Below are positions 10,480 to 18,900 of a DNA stretch of 64,000 bases, piece by piece. Source of the stretch: an uncultured Flavobacteriaceae bacterium. Lineage in GTDB: Bacteria > Bacteroidota > Bacteroidia > AKYH767-A > OLB10. Positions within the stretch are counted from its first letter, which is position 1. Each line of letters opens with the position of its first letter. Both the position numbers and the translations under genes were made by a program. The notes under the pieces are model-generated. The model saw only the letters and a program-made list of their open reading frames with translations, did no database searches and had not been told where the DNA came from. The DNA lies in contig CAYSPG010000017.1 of NCBI GenBank assembly GCA_964432885.1, positions 1,341 through 65,340 on the forward strand, read 5' to 3'.

Positions 10480-11334
10480 TTAATACCCTTTTGCTTTTTC
10501 AATCACATTAAAAGCAATACCGGCAAAGGCAAGATAGGAATCAAGCAGCATGGCTTTGGTTTTGCTGCGCTTACCGGTTTCAAATTTTACATCTTCTCTA
10601 AAAGCATTCCAATTGGCTTGTGTTAATAAATCAAGTGCAATGGAAACAGTAGGAGTTATTGATTTTGCAGTGTGCCACCACCCACATGGAATAAACATGG
10701 TTTCGCCCGGCCCCACCACTACTTTGCTTGCAGTGGCATTTTTAAATAACGGGTATTTTTCATAGTCGGGTTCCTGGTGGTTTTCTATTGTTGAGCGCCA
10801 CGGGTTTTCAGGGTCGGCATAAACAAGGTTTTCCTGTCCCGGAGGATAAACAGTAAACTCTTTATCACCATACATTTGATTAATGAATGTGTACAGGTGC
10901 AAATAATCGTAGTGGAGATAAGGAAATTTTCCACCGGGGCCACCCAAAAAAACCTCGAGGGCCGCTGCGCTGGGCATGGCGGCTTTGGGCAGCAAGGGTG
11001 AACCTATGCGGTCGGGCATTGCAAATTCAAATCGGGGTAAAACATCACCAAGCAATTCAGGAAAATGTGTGTTTAATAAAAACTTGCATGGATAAGGTGC
11101 AGGATTATCTGCTGTTGAGTTTAACATAAGGTCAATAAAAACACCAAACTTGTACTGCTTACCGTTTATAGTTATTTCCTTGTCGGGATAATTTTTTTTA
11201 AAAAATTCGGGCGTAAATTTTTCGCGGCCAGGCCACTGTTTGGTAGCATCGGTAAGCACAACAGGTACACCGGGTTTCAAATGCTGATCAATAAATTGTT
11301 TTCGGGTAAGGCCTGATTTTTTTTCTACTTGCAT
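10480..11334 (-). CDS. Cupin-like (JmjC-domain) protein, putative 2OG/Fe(II) oxygenase
   Basis: LHYDYLH supplies the H.D/E of the facial triad and PCGWWHTA supplies the distal His, as in JmjC cupins. Confidence 0.55.
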   Translation of the reverse strand: MQVEKKSGLTRKQFIDQHLKPGVPVVLTDATKQWPGREKFTPEFFKKNYPDKEITINGKQYKFGVFIDLMLNSTADNPAPYPCKFLLNTHFPELLGDVLPRFEFAMPDRIGSPLLPKAAMPSAAALEVFLGGPGGKFPYLHYDYLHLYTFINQMYGDKEFTVYPPGQENLVYADPENPWRSTIENHQEPDYEKYPLFKNATASKVVVGPGETMFIPCGWWHTAKSITPTVSIALDLLTQANWNAFREDVKFETGKRSKTKAMLLDSYLAFAGIAFNVIEKAKGY

Positions 11335-11396
11335 GATGTGTTTTTTTCGTTTTCAATTTTACGTACATTTTATAAAAAGTTACATGATAATTATCA

Positions 11397-11885
11397 TTAT
11401 CTGAAATTATCAAATTGCAATGGCAACTCAACATTTGCACTTTTTACTTTAGCGATTGTGGCTTGCAAATCATCAATTTTTTTACCGGTAACGCGTACCT
11501 TGTCATCCATTATGGATGCCTGAACCTTTAGCCCTGTTTCTTTTACAATTTTCACAATCTTTTTGGCTGTTTCTTTATCAATACCATTTTTAATTTTCAC
11601 CTCTTTACGTATCATATTTCCTGATGCATAGTGGTCTTTTCCAAAATCAAAACTTTTAGGGTCAACGCCTTGTTTCATTCCACGGCCAATTATTATATCG
11701 CGTATGGCATCCATGCGCATATCGTTTTCGGTAACAATTTTTATCTGCCACTCTTTTTTATCAAGTTCAACTTCTGTTTTTGAGTCATGAAAATCATAAC
11801 GTGTACTAATTTCTTTGTTTACTACGTTTATAGCATTATCAAGTTTTTGCATATCAACCTGGCTAACGATGTCAAATGATGGCAT
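11397..11885 (-). CDS. yajQ: YajQ-family (UPF0234) nucleotide/c-di-GMP-binding protein
   Basis: Starts MPSFDIVS..D..E..NA...EI..RYDF and is 162 aa, which is the characteristic YajQ family pattern. Confidence 0.85.
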   Translation of the reverse strand: MPSFDIVSQVDMQKLDNAINVVNKEISTRYDFHDSKTEVELDKKEWQIKIVTENDMRMDAIRDIIIGRGMKQGVDPKSFDFGKDHYASGNMIRKEVKIKNGIDKETAKKIVKIVKETGLKVQASIMDDKVRVTGKKIDDLQATIAKVKSANVELPLQFDNFR

Positions 11886-12008
11886 AATAGTTATGTAAGA
11901 TTATTGTTAATTAGTGAATACCTGTTGTAAAAATTTCGTTATAAAAATACAATCCCTGCTTTAAAAATTCTAATTTTGGTAAACATTTTAAAATAAATCG
12001 CCAGCATC

Positions 12009-14264
12009 ATGAAAAACACTTACTTACCTATTAGCTTGCTACTGCTGTGTTGTACAGTCAATATGCATGGACAACTTCCAAAATTTTACAAATACACCAC
12101 ACCTTCTGTAACCATTAATGGCAGTCCGCTAAAAAATGCCTGGGCGGGCGGATTAAACGCTCCTGTTTTTAATACCATTGACATGAATGGCGATGGCCGT
12201 AAAGATTTGTTTTTGTTTGATCACCAGTTTAACACTTCATATCCAAGTGCATTTAAGATTAGAACATTTATCAATAATGGCATAAGCGGGCAAGCCGATT
12301 ATACGTACGCACCACAGTACGAACAAAAATTTCCTCAAGACATGCACGATTGGGTTTTGCTTGTGGACTATGACTGCGATGGCAAGGAAGATATTTTTAC
12401 CTATACATATGCTGGCGGCATGCAGGTATATCATAATGATTACACCACAGGTGGCGGTTTGTCTTTTTCTCCGGCATATAGTTTAATTTACTCGATGTAC
12501 TTAGGCAGTACGTATGCCAACCTGTATGTAAGCAGCCAAAACCAACCGGCTCTTATTGATGTAAATGGCGATGGAGATTTGGATGTACTAACCTTTACCA
12601 TTCTTGGTGGAGCAGTTGAGTACCACGAAAACATGGCACAGGAATTATTTAACCGTTGCGATACATTGGTAATGCATCAGAAACGCCAATGCTGGGGAGC
12701 TTTTTCACTTAGCAATTTTACCAATTCGGCTATACTTAACAATTGCCACTATTTAACATCCAATTTGGGTGACGAAGAAAAAACGCAATTACACAATGGT
12801 TCATGCATGCTTGGATATGATGAAGCAGGAGATGGTGATATTGATTTGCTAAATGGTGATGTGCTTGGTGATAGTTTATTATATCTTGATAATTCACCAA
12901 ACATAAACAGTCCGCTTTATTGGCAGGATAGTATCACATCACAGGATATTGGATTTCCATCATATGACACCACCGTAAGCTTTGTAAAATTTACTGCCCC
13001 CTATATTTTTGATGCTGATAATGATGGGATAAAAGATTTGGTAGTAACACCCTGCTCAGAAGATAAAACAGAAGATTTTGTAAACAACTGGTTTTTTAAA
13101 AATACGGGCAACAATGTCAATCACGTTTTTCATTATACCAAAAAACGTTTCCTTACAGATGAGATGATTGATGTTGGCTCAGGAGCTAATGTTACTTTTT
13201 TTGATGCTGATGCTGATGGGAAAAAAGATTTGATTATTGGCAACTATGGATATTTTGTTTCTAACGCACCCATTCATCACTATGAATCTGCATTGGCATT
13301 TTATAAAAATACTTCGGCAGGCGGTGTGCTTTCGTTTGCCGAAATATCTGTTGATTATGCAAGCCTTCGACAATATAATTTGTTAAACATTCAACCCACC
13401 TTTGGCGATATTGATAATGACGGTGATGACGATATGATATTAGGTAACTATGACGGCAACTTGTACCTGTTTAACAACACAGCCGGCAGCGGCAACCCTG
13501 CAGTATTTACACTTGCACCCAATGGAATAAATTATCAAAGCATTGATGTGGGTGCATTTAGCGCACCACAATTGGTGGATGTAAACAATGATGGTTTACT
13601 AGACCTGATAATAGGCGAAATGTTTGGAAAAGTATGGTATTATCAAAACACTGGCAGCCTAACCATTCCTGTATTTACACTTGCATCAAATAACTTTGGT
13701 GGAGTTAATGTTTGCAATCAACAATACAACCCCAACATTGGATTTAGTGTACCCCACATGTATTTAGACAATGGCTCGCATAAGTTAATGGTGGGAAACG
13801 AAAACGGATACTTATTTGTGTACGATAACATTGATGGTAACCTGTCGGGTACATTTAATATTGTAAGCACTTCGGCATTTGATGTGTATGAACCATACAG
13901 GCTAAGTGCCGATATGGATGATTTAAATGCCGATGGCTGCATGGACATTATAACAGGTTGCTTTGCAGGCGGACTTTCATATTACTCAACCTGTGCTACA
14001 GGTATATTTGAAAACAATGAAAATAATTTTGAGTTTACAGTTTATCCAAACCCGGCTTACGACAGGTTTGTTGTTGAGTTTAAAAAAAGAAACGCAAAAA
14101 ACAGAAGTCTGCAATTATTTGATATGCCCGGAAAACTGATAAAGCAAATAAATAGTGCTCAATTAAAAGAATCGGTTGATGTAAATAATCTTGGCGCAGG
14201 AATTTATTTTATAAAAATAACAGAAGACGACAGAACCATTACTCAAAAACTAATTGTTAAATAA
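12009..14264 (+). CDS. FG-GAP-repeat (Ca-binding beta-propeller) secreted protein with T9SS type-A C-terminal sorting domain, paralog 1
   Basis: Has a signal peptide. Multiple D.D/N.DG..D blade motifs: DMNGDGRKD, DVNGDGDLD, DADNDGIKD, DADADGKKD, DIDNDGDDD, DVNNDGLLD. The C-terminus (FEFTVYPNPAYDRF...GIYFIKITEDDRTITQKLIVK) matches the type-A (Por) sorting domain. Confidence 0.75.
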   Translation: MKNTYLPISLLLLCCTVNMHGQLPKFYKYTTPSVTINGSPLKNAWAGGLNAPVFNTIDMNGDGRKDLFLFDHQFNTSYPSAFKIRTFINNGISGQADYTYAPQYEQKFPQDMHDWVLLVDYDCDGKEDIFTYTYAGGMQVYHNDYTTGGGLSFSPAYSLIYSMYLGSTYANLYVSSQNQPALIDVNGDGDLDVLTFTILGGAVEYHENMAQELFNRCDTLVMHQKRQCWGAFSLSNFTNSAILNNCHYLTSNLGDEEKTQLHNGSCMLGYDEAGDGDIDLLNGDVLGDSLLYLDNSPNINSPLYWQDSITSQDIGFPSYDTTVSFVKFTAPYIFDADNDGIKDLVVTPCSEDKTEDFVNNWFFKNTGNNVNHVFHYTKKRFLTDEMIDVGSGANVTFFDADADGKKDLIIGNYGYFVSNAPIHHYESALAFYKNTSAGGVLSFAEISVDYASLRQYNLLNIQPTFGDIDNDGDDDMILGNYDGNLYLFNNTAGSGNPAVFTLAPNGINYQSIDVGAFSAPQLVDVNNDGLLDLIIGEMFGKVWYYQNTGSLTIPVFTLASNNFGGVNVCNQQYNPNIGFSVPHMYLDNGSHKLMVGNENGYLFVYDNIDGNLSGTFNIVSTSAFDVYEPYRLSADMDDLNADGCMDIITGCFAGGLSYYSTCATGIFENNENNFEFTVYPNPAYDRFVVEFKKRNAKNRSLQLFDMPGKLIKQINSAQLKESVDVNNLGAGIYFIKITEDDRTITQKLIVK

Positions 14265-14273
14265 TTTTTTGCC

Positions 14274-16532
14274 GTGAAAAAAAATTTAATCAACACAACG
14301 CTTTTTGCTGTTGCTCTTTTTTTTGTGTTGCAAACATCAGCACAGCCGCATTTTAAAACCACTTTGCCTCAGGTTTATCAAAACAATCTTCCTTTAAAGA
14401 ACCCCTGGTCTGGAGGTTTTAATTCTGCCTTGTTCAGCACCATTGATTTAAACTTTGACGGTATAAAGGATTTGTTTGTCTTCGATAAGCAGTTTAATTC
14501 TATTTATCCGGGTGTATATAAAATGCGCACGTTTATAAACAAGGGCACAGCCCAAACAGTTGACTATTTATATGCTCCACAATATGAACAGTTTTTTCCT
14601 CAAGACATGACAGGTTGGTGTACGCTTATTGATTTTAACTGCGATGGACTTGAAGATATTTTTTGTTACAACATTGCAACAGGCGGAATAAAAGTTTACA
14701 GGAATACATCCAGTGGTACAACATTAAGTTTTTTACAGGAATTTAATAGTTTAACTTCCTGTTATATCGCCCCATTTCCGTTGCCATGTTCCATTCAAAA
14801 TTTAACTGCACTGCCGGTAAACGTTCCTGCATTTACTGATGTAAACAACGATGGTGATTTGGATATTTTAACTTTTAAAGTAACCGGACAAACTGTGGAG
14901 TATCATGAAAACATGGGAAAGGAAATGTTTAACAAATGCGATACACTTGTGTATTTGCAGTTGGAAGACACCTTTGCTCATTTTCAGTTAAACTCATTCA
15001 GCAATTCGGCCACGCTGGGTTTGTTAAGGCTTGCCGCACCTGGCAATGCATCAAAAGCAAATGACGGATTGCACTCAGGCTCGTGCATGATTGCCTATGA
15101 CGAAGGGGGTGATGGAGATAAAGATTTAATTAATGGCGATTTGCTTGGCAATAACCTTTTGTATTTAAATAATGCCGCCACACTTGCTGGCGTAAATGAT
15201 TCCATGGATTACCAGGACACCATCTTCCCATTTTACAATTCTTCTGTTAACTATGTTACTTTTCCAAGCCCGTTTTTATTTGATGCCGATAACGATGGCA
15301 ACAAAGATTTAATTGTGTCATCGTGTACCGAAAACCAATCAGAAAATTATAACAACAATTTATTTTACAAAAACACAGGTAACAATACCAATTATTATTT
15401 TCAATTTATCAAAAACCGTTTTTTAACCGAAGAGATGATTGATGTAGGCTCAGCTTCGTACCCGGTTTTTTTTGACATTGATAATGATGGAAAAAAAGAT
15501 TTGTTTATTGGTAACAAAGGATACATGATTACCAATACTGGCAACGTGCACCTTGAAGGAGCAATATCCTATTATCGCAATATTACACAGGTAAATGGTT
15601 GCCCTGCGTTTGAACTTATTACTCCCGATTTTGCCAATATACAACAGTATGCTCTAACCGATGTTGTTCCCACATTTGGCGATATTGATGGAGATGGTGA
15701 CGCAGATTTACTGGTGGGAAATTCGGATGGAATTTTTTATTTGTTTACCAATAGCGGAGGAACTTTTTCATTAGCTGCAGGTGGTGTAAACTACCAAGGC
15801 ATTGATGTGGGAACAAACAGTGCTCCGCAGTTGGTTGACATGGATGGCGACTTGCTTCTTGACTTAATTGTTGGCGAAACGTTTGGAAGAATTTATTATT
15901 ATCACAATACGGGCACAGCCACCAATCCTGTTTTTACATTTGTTACCGGCAACCTTGGAGGCATAAATGTTACCAACACTACCTGGACAATTTATGGCAA
16001 CAGCATTCCTTGCCTGTTTATTGAAAACGGACAGCAAAAATTGTTGGTTGGGTCAGAAAGCGGATATTGTTTTTTGTTCGATAACATAACCGGAAATCTT
16101 GCCGGGAATTTTAATCTTGTAACAGCAACTGCTTACAACATTTTTGAACCGTACCGAAGCGCCCCAGCACTTGCCGATTTAAACAATGATGCATCGCCTG
16201 AAATTATTGTAGGTTGTTTTGCAGGAGGATTGGGTTTTTACACAAACAACCTTGCCGGATGCACATCAGGAATAATACCGGCAATGGGTTCAGATTTTTC
16301 ATTTCAGGTTTATCCAAATCCTGCCAGCCAAAATCTGATAGTTGATTTTGAAGTTAACGACAATAGTGAAAAGAAGATTGAAATAATAAATGTGTTAGGA
16401 AAAAAAGTTTTTGAACGCTACACAATAAAACAAAAAGAATTTTTTGATTTAGCAAAAACTGGAAATGGTATTTATGTGATAAAAATTAGTTCGGGTAATA
16501 TTACCTCTTCTCAAAAAATAATTATTAAATGA
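14274..16532 (+). CDS. FG-GAP-repeat secreted protein with T9SS type-A sorting domain, paralog 2
   Basis: Same length (752 vs 751 aa) and collinear motifs with the upstream gene: PQYEQ.FPQDM, VEYHENM..E.FN.CDTLV, GSCM..YDE.GDGD.DL.NGD, FKNTGNN, RFLT.EMIDVG. The C-terminus is FQVYPNPASQNL...GIYVIKISSGNITSSQKIIIK. Confidence 0.75.
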   Translation: MKKNLINTTLFAVALFFVLQTSAQPHFKTTLPQVYQNNLPLKNPWSGGFNSALFSTIDLNFDGIKDLFVFDKQFNSIYPGVYKMRTFINKGTAQTVDYLYAPQYEQFFPQDMTGWCTLIDFNCDGLEDIFCYNIATGGIKVYRNTSSGTTLSFLQEFNSLTSCYIAPFPLPCSIQNLTALPVNVPAFTDVNNDGDLDILTFKVTGQTVEYHENMGKEMFNKCDTLVYLQLEDTFAHFQLNSFSNSATLGLLRLAAPGNASKANDGLHSGSCMIAYDEGGDGDKDLINGDLLGNNLLYLNNAATLAGVNDSMDYQDTIFPFYNSSVNYVTFPSPFLFDADNDGNKDLIVSSCTENQSENYNNNLFYKNTGNNTNYYFQFIKNRFLTEEMIDVGSASYPVFFDIDNDGKKDLFIGNKGYMITNTGNVHLEGAISYYRNITQVNGCPAFELITPDFANIQQYALTDVVPTFGDIDGDGDADLLVGNSDGIFYLFTNSGGTFSLAAGGVNYQGIDVGTNSAPQLVDMDGDLLLDLIVGETFGRIYYYHNTGTATNPVFTFVTGNLGGINVTNTTWTIYGNSIPCLFIENGQQKLLVGSESGYCFLFDNITGNLAGNFNLVTATAYNIFEPYRSAPALADLNNDASPEIIVGCFAGGLGFYTNNLAGCTSGIIPAMGSDFSFQVYPNPASQNLIVDFEVNDNSEKKIEIINVLGKKVFERYTIKQKEFFDLAKTGNGIYVIKISSGNITSSQKIIIK

Positions 16533-18061
16533 TGACTAAGAATTTTTTCATTGCAATTGTATGTACGCTTATAGTTAGTATTGTTTCATCATGCACGTAC
16601 GAAAAACCCGAAGTTTCCGAAGCAACCAACCCAACGTGCAATGACTACCCTGATGAAGTGGCTGCCATACTTGTAAACAAATGCGCCACTGCCGGTTGTC
16701 ATAACTCAAAAAGTTACGAGGCATCCAGCGGGCTTGATCTTTCAAACTGGGCTGCCATGAAAAAAGGAAACTATTCGGGCGCAGTTGTAATTCCAGGCAA
16801 TACCGAATACAGCACGCTTTTTACTTTTTGCAATACGTTTGATGATTTAGGATTTACCGGGCAGTTGCCAAAAATGCCCGTGAATAAACCACCTCTTTCG
16901 CATGATGAAATGGTTACCCTAAAAAGCTGGATTAACGATGGCGCAAAAAACCGTTGTGGTGAGTTGATGTTTCCGTTTGATGCATCGCGCAGAAAATTTT
17001 TGGTAACCAACCAGGCTTGCGACCAGATAGAAGTGTTTGATATAAAAAGTCGAAGTGTAATGAAGTTTTTTGAAGTCGGGCATTTTGCGGGAGCCACTCC
17101 TCCTGAGTCGCCACATGCAGTGCGCTATACACCTGATGGAAAATATTATTTGATTGCTTTTTATTCAAGCCTTAATGATACAAGTGGGGGCGGGAGCACT
17201 CCGCGCAATTTTATTCAGCGTTTTGATGCAGTTACCGATGAATTTATTGATGAAGTGGATATTGCAAAGTCACAATCTTTTCCCTTCCCTGTATCGGGCC
17301 GATGGGGTTTGGTTGCCATTAGTCCCGATTCAAAAAATGCTTATGCAGTTGATTATGATAATCATCGAATTGCCAAAATAAATTTAATGGGTGCAATGAC
17401 TTCAGTTACTACCAACTCAATAATTGATTTTTCTACCCCACATGGTGCTGCCGTAAATCAGGATGGTAGCAAGTTGTATATTACCGATCAGGACAATGGA
17501 TGTATTTATATTGCATCAACAACTTTTCCAGACATTAATTTACCGCCACAAAAAATTTTAATGCCTTCTGGTTCATCACGTGGGCACGAAATAATTTTTT
17601 CACCCGATTATTCCTACTACTTTGTTACCTGCGAATCGCCTGCCCAGGTGCTTGTGTATAATACAAGCAACAACATCCTTACTGCTACAATACCTGTAGG
17701 ACTTTTACCACAGGAATTTTCGTTATCAAACACAAAACCGTATTTGTTTGTAAGTTGTACTGACGACCCGTATAACGGCACCAAAGGTTCGGTATGTGTT
17801 ATTGATTACAACAGTTTAACTTTTGTAAAAAAAATAGCCACAGGCACCAATCCTCATGGACTTGTGGTTGACGATATTGAAAATGTAGTTTATGTAGCCA
17901 ACCGTAATGTGGATGCTTCAGGTTCCACCCCACATCACAGTGCATCATGTGCCGGACGCAATGGCTACCTCACCATAATTGATATGAACACACTTGAACT
18001 TGTACCTGGATTTAAATATGAGTTGGGCGTAAATCCGTATGGAATGGCCATAATGCCATAA
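16529..18061 (+). CDS. Lipoprotein with an N-terminal PSCyt1-like (planctomycete cytochrome c-like) domain fused to a YVTN-type beta-propeller
   Basis: The ATG overlaps the upstream TGA (ATGA). Lipobox VSIVSSC. AILVNKCATAGCH...GLDLS...GAVVIPGNTEYSTL...MPVNKPPLSHDEMVTLKSWINDGA matches PSCyt1 logic, but the heme motif is CX4CH rather than CXXCH. Propeller repeats include KLYITDQDNGCIYI and NVVYVANRN. Confidence 0.55.
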   Translation: MMTKNFFIAIVCTLIVSIVSSCTYEKPEVSEATNPTCNDYPDEVAAILVNKCATAGCHNSKSYEASSGLDLSNWAAMKKGNYSGAVVIPGNTEYSTLFTFCNTFDDLGFTGQLPKMPVNKPPLSHDEMVTLKSWINDGAKNRCGELMFPFDASRRKFLVTNQACDQIEVFDIKSRSVMKFFEVGHFAGATPPESPHAVRYTPDGKYYLIAFYSSLNDTSGGGSTPRNFIQRFDAVTDEFIDEVDIAKSQSFPFPVSGRWGLVAISPDSKNAYAVDYDNHRIAKINLMGAMTSVTTNSIIDFSTPHGAAVNQDGSKLYITDQDNGCIYIASTTFPDINLPPQKILMPSGSSRGHEIIFSPDYSYYFVTCESPAQVLVYNTSNNILTATIPVGLLPQEFSLSNTKPYLFVSCTDDPYNGTKGSVCVIDYNSLTFVKKIATGTNPHGLVVDDIENVVYVANRNVDASGSTPHHSASCAGRNGYLTIIDMNTLELVPGFKYELGVNPYGMAIMP

Positions 18062-18157
18062 GCCCACTATTCTTTTTGATTTCTTTTTGTTTTCAAAAAA
18101 TCGCTAAACACAACAAACAATTAATTTTCTCTTTCCATTATTCAATACTTTAGCAGC

Positions 18158-18562
18158 ATGAAAAGGCCAATACGCGTATTAATAGCTAAAGTGGGTTTAG
18201 ACGGGCATGACCGTGGAGCAAAAGTTATTGCATCTTTTTTGCGCGATGCAGGTATGGAAGTAATTTACACCGGCTTACGGCAAACACCACAAATGGTGGT
18301 AACCGCAGCCTTGCAGGAAGATGTGGATGTAATTGGTGTATCCATTCTTTCGGGCGCACACATGACGGTTTTTCCAAAAATTATTTCGCTTATGCGCGAA
18401 AATAAAATGGATGATGTGCTACTTACCGGAGGAGGAATTATTCCTGATGCGGATATGAAAAAACTAAACGAGATGGGCGTGGGCAAACTTTTTGCACCGG
18501 GCACCGATACAACAGTTATAGTTGATTATATAAAGCACACCGTTGCACAAAATCGTAAGTAA
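18158..18562 (+). CDS. Stand-alone cobalamin (B12)-binding domain protein (methylmalonyl-/isobutyryl-CoA mutase small-subunit-like)
   Basis: DxHxxG motif [11 protein letters not shown] followed by the canonical SILSGAH...GGGIIP...LFAPGT. It is 134 aa, the same size as IcmB/MutS-type subunits. Confidence 0.85.
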   Translation: MKRPIRVLIAKVGLDGHDRGAKVIASFLRDAGMEVIYTGLRQTPQMVVTAALQEDVDVIGVSILSGAHMTVFPKIISLMRENKMDDVLLTGGGIIPDADMKKLNEMGVGKLFAPGTDTTVIVDYIKHTVAQNRK

Positions 18563-18568
18563 TATTTT

Positions 18569-18898
18569 TTAGGCCTGCGCTGTTGGACCACCAAAGTTTA
18601 ATGGTATTCCCATTCCTTCAACTTGTTTTATGGTGCCGTGTATAGCTTCGTATTTCTGAATATTTTCATTTAATGCTCCAAGCAATCGTTTTGCATGTTG
18701 TGGTGTAAGCACAATGCGCGATTTTACTTTTGCCTTAGGAACACCCGGCATTACACGTATAAAGTCAACAACAAATTCAGAATTGCTGTGGGTAATTATG
18801 GCTAAGTTGCTGTAAATTCCGTCAGCCATGTCTTCGGTTAACTCAATGTTAAGTTGATTTTCTTTTTTTTCTTCCATTTTTCTTTTTTTTCGTAACAA
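18569..18898 (-). CDS. DUF3467-family protein
   Basis: The NQLNIELTED.ADGIYSNLAIITHSNSEFVVDFIRVMPGVPKAKVKSRIVLTPQHAKRL pattern is, as I recall, typical of Bacteroidota DUF3467. Its start codon sits 3 bp from the recJ stop. Confidence 0.55.
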   Translation of the reverse strand: MLRKKRKMEEKKENQLNIELTEDMADGIYSNLAIITHSNSEFVVDFIRVMPGVPKAKVKSRIVLTPQHAKRLLGALNENIQKYEAIHGTIKQVEGMGIPLNFGGPTAQA

Positions 18899-18900
18899 AA

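Noticed and set aside
16678-16701. Canonical c-type heme-binding CXXCH motif in the lipoprotein
   Set aside because: The spacing is CX4CH, not CXXCH, so it is reported only as a PSCyt1-like domain with uncertain heme binding.
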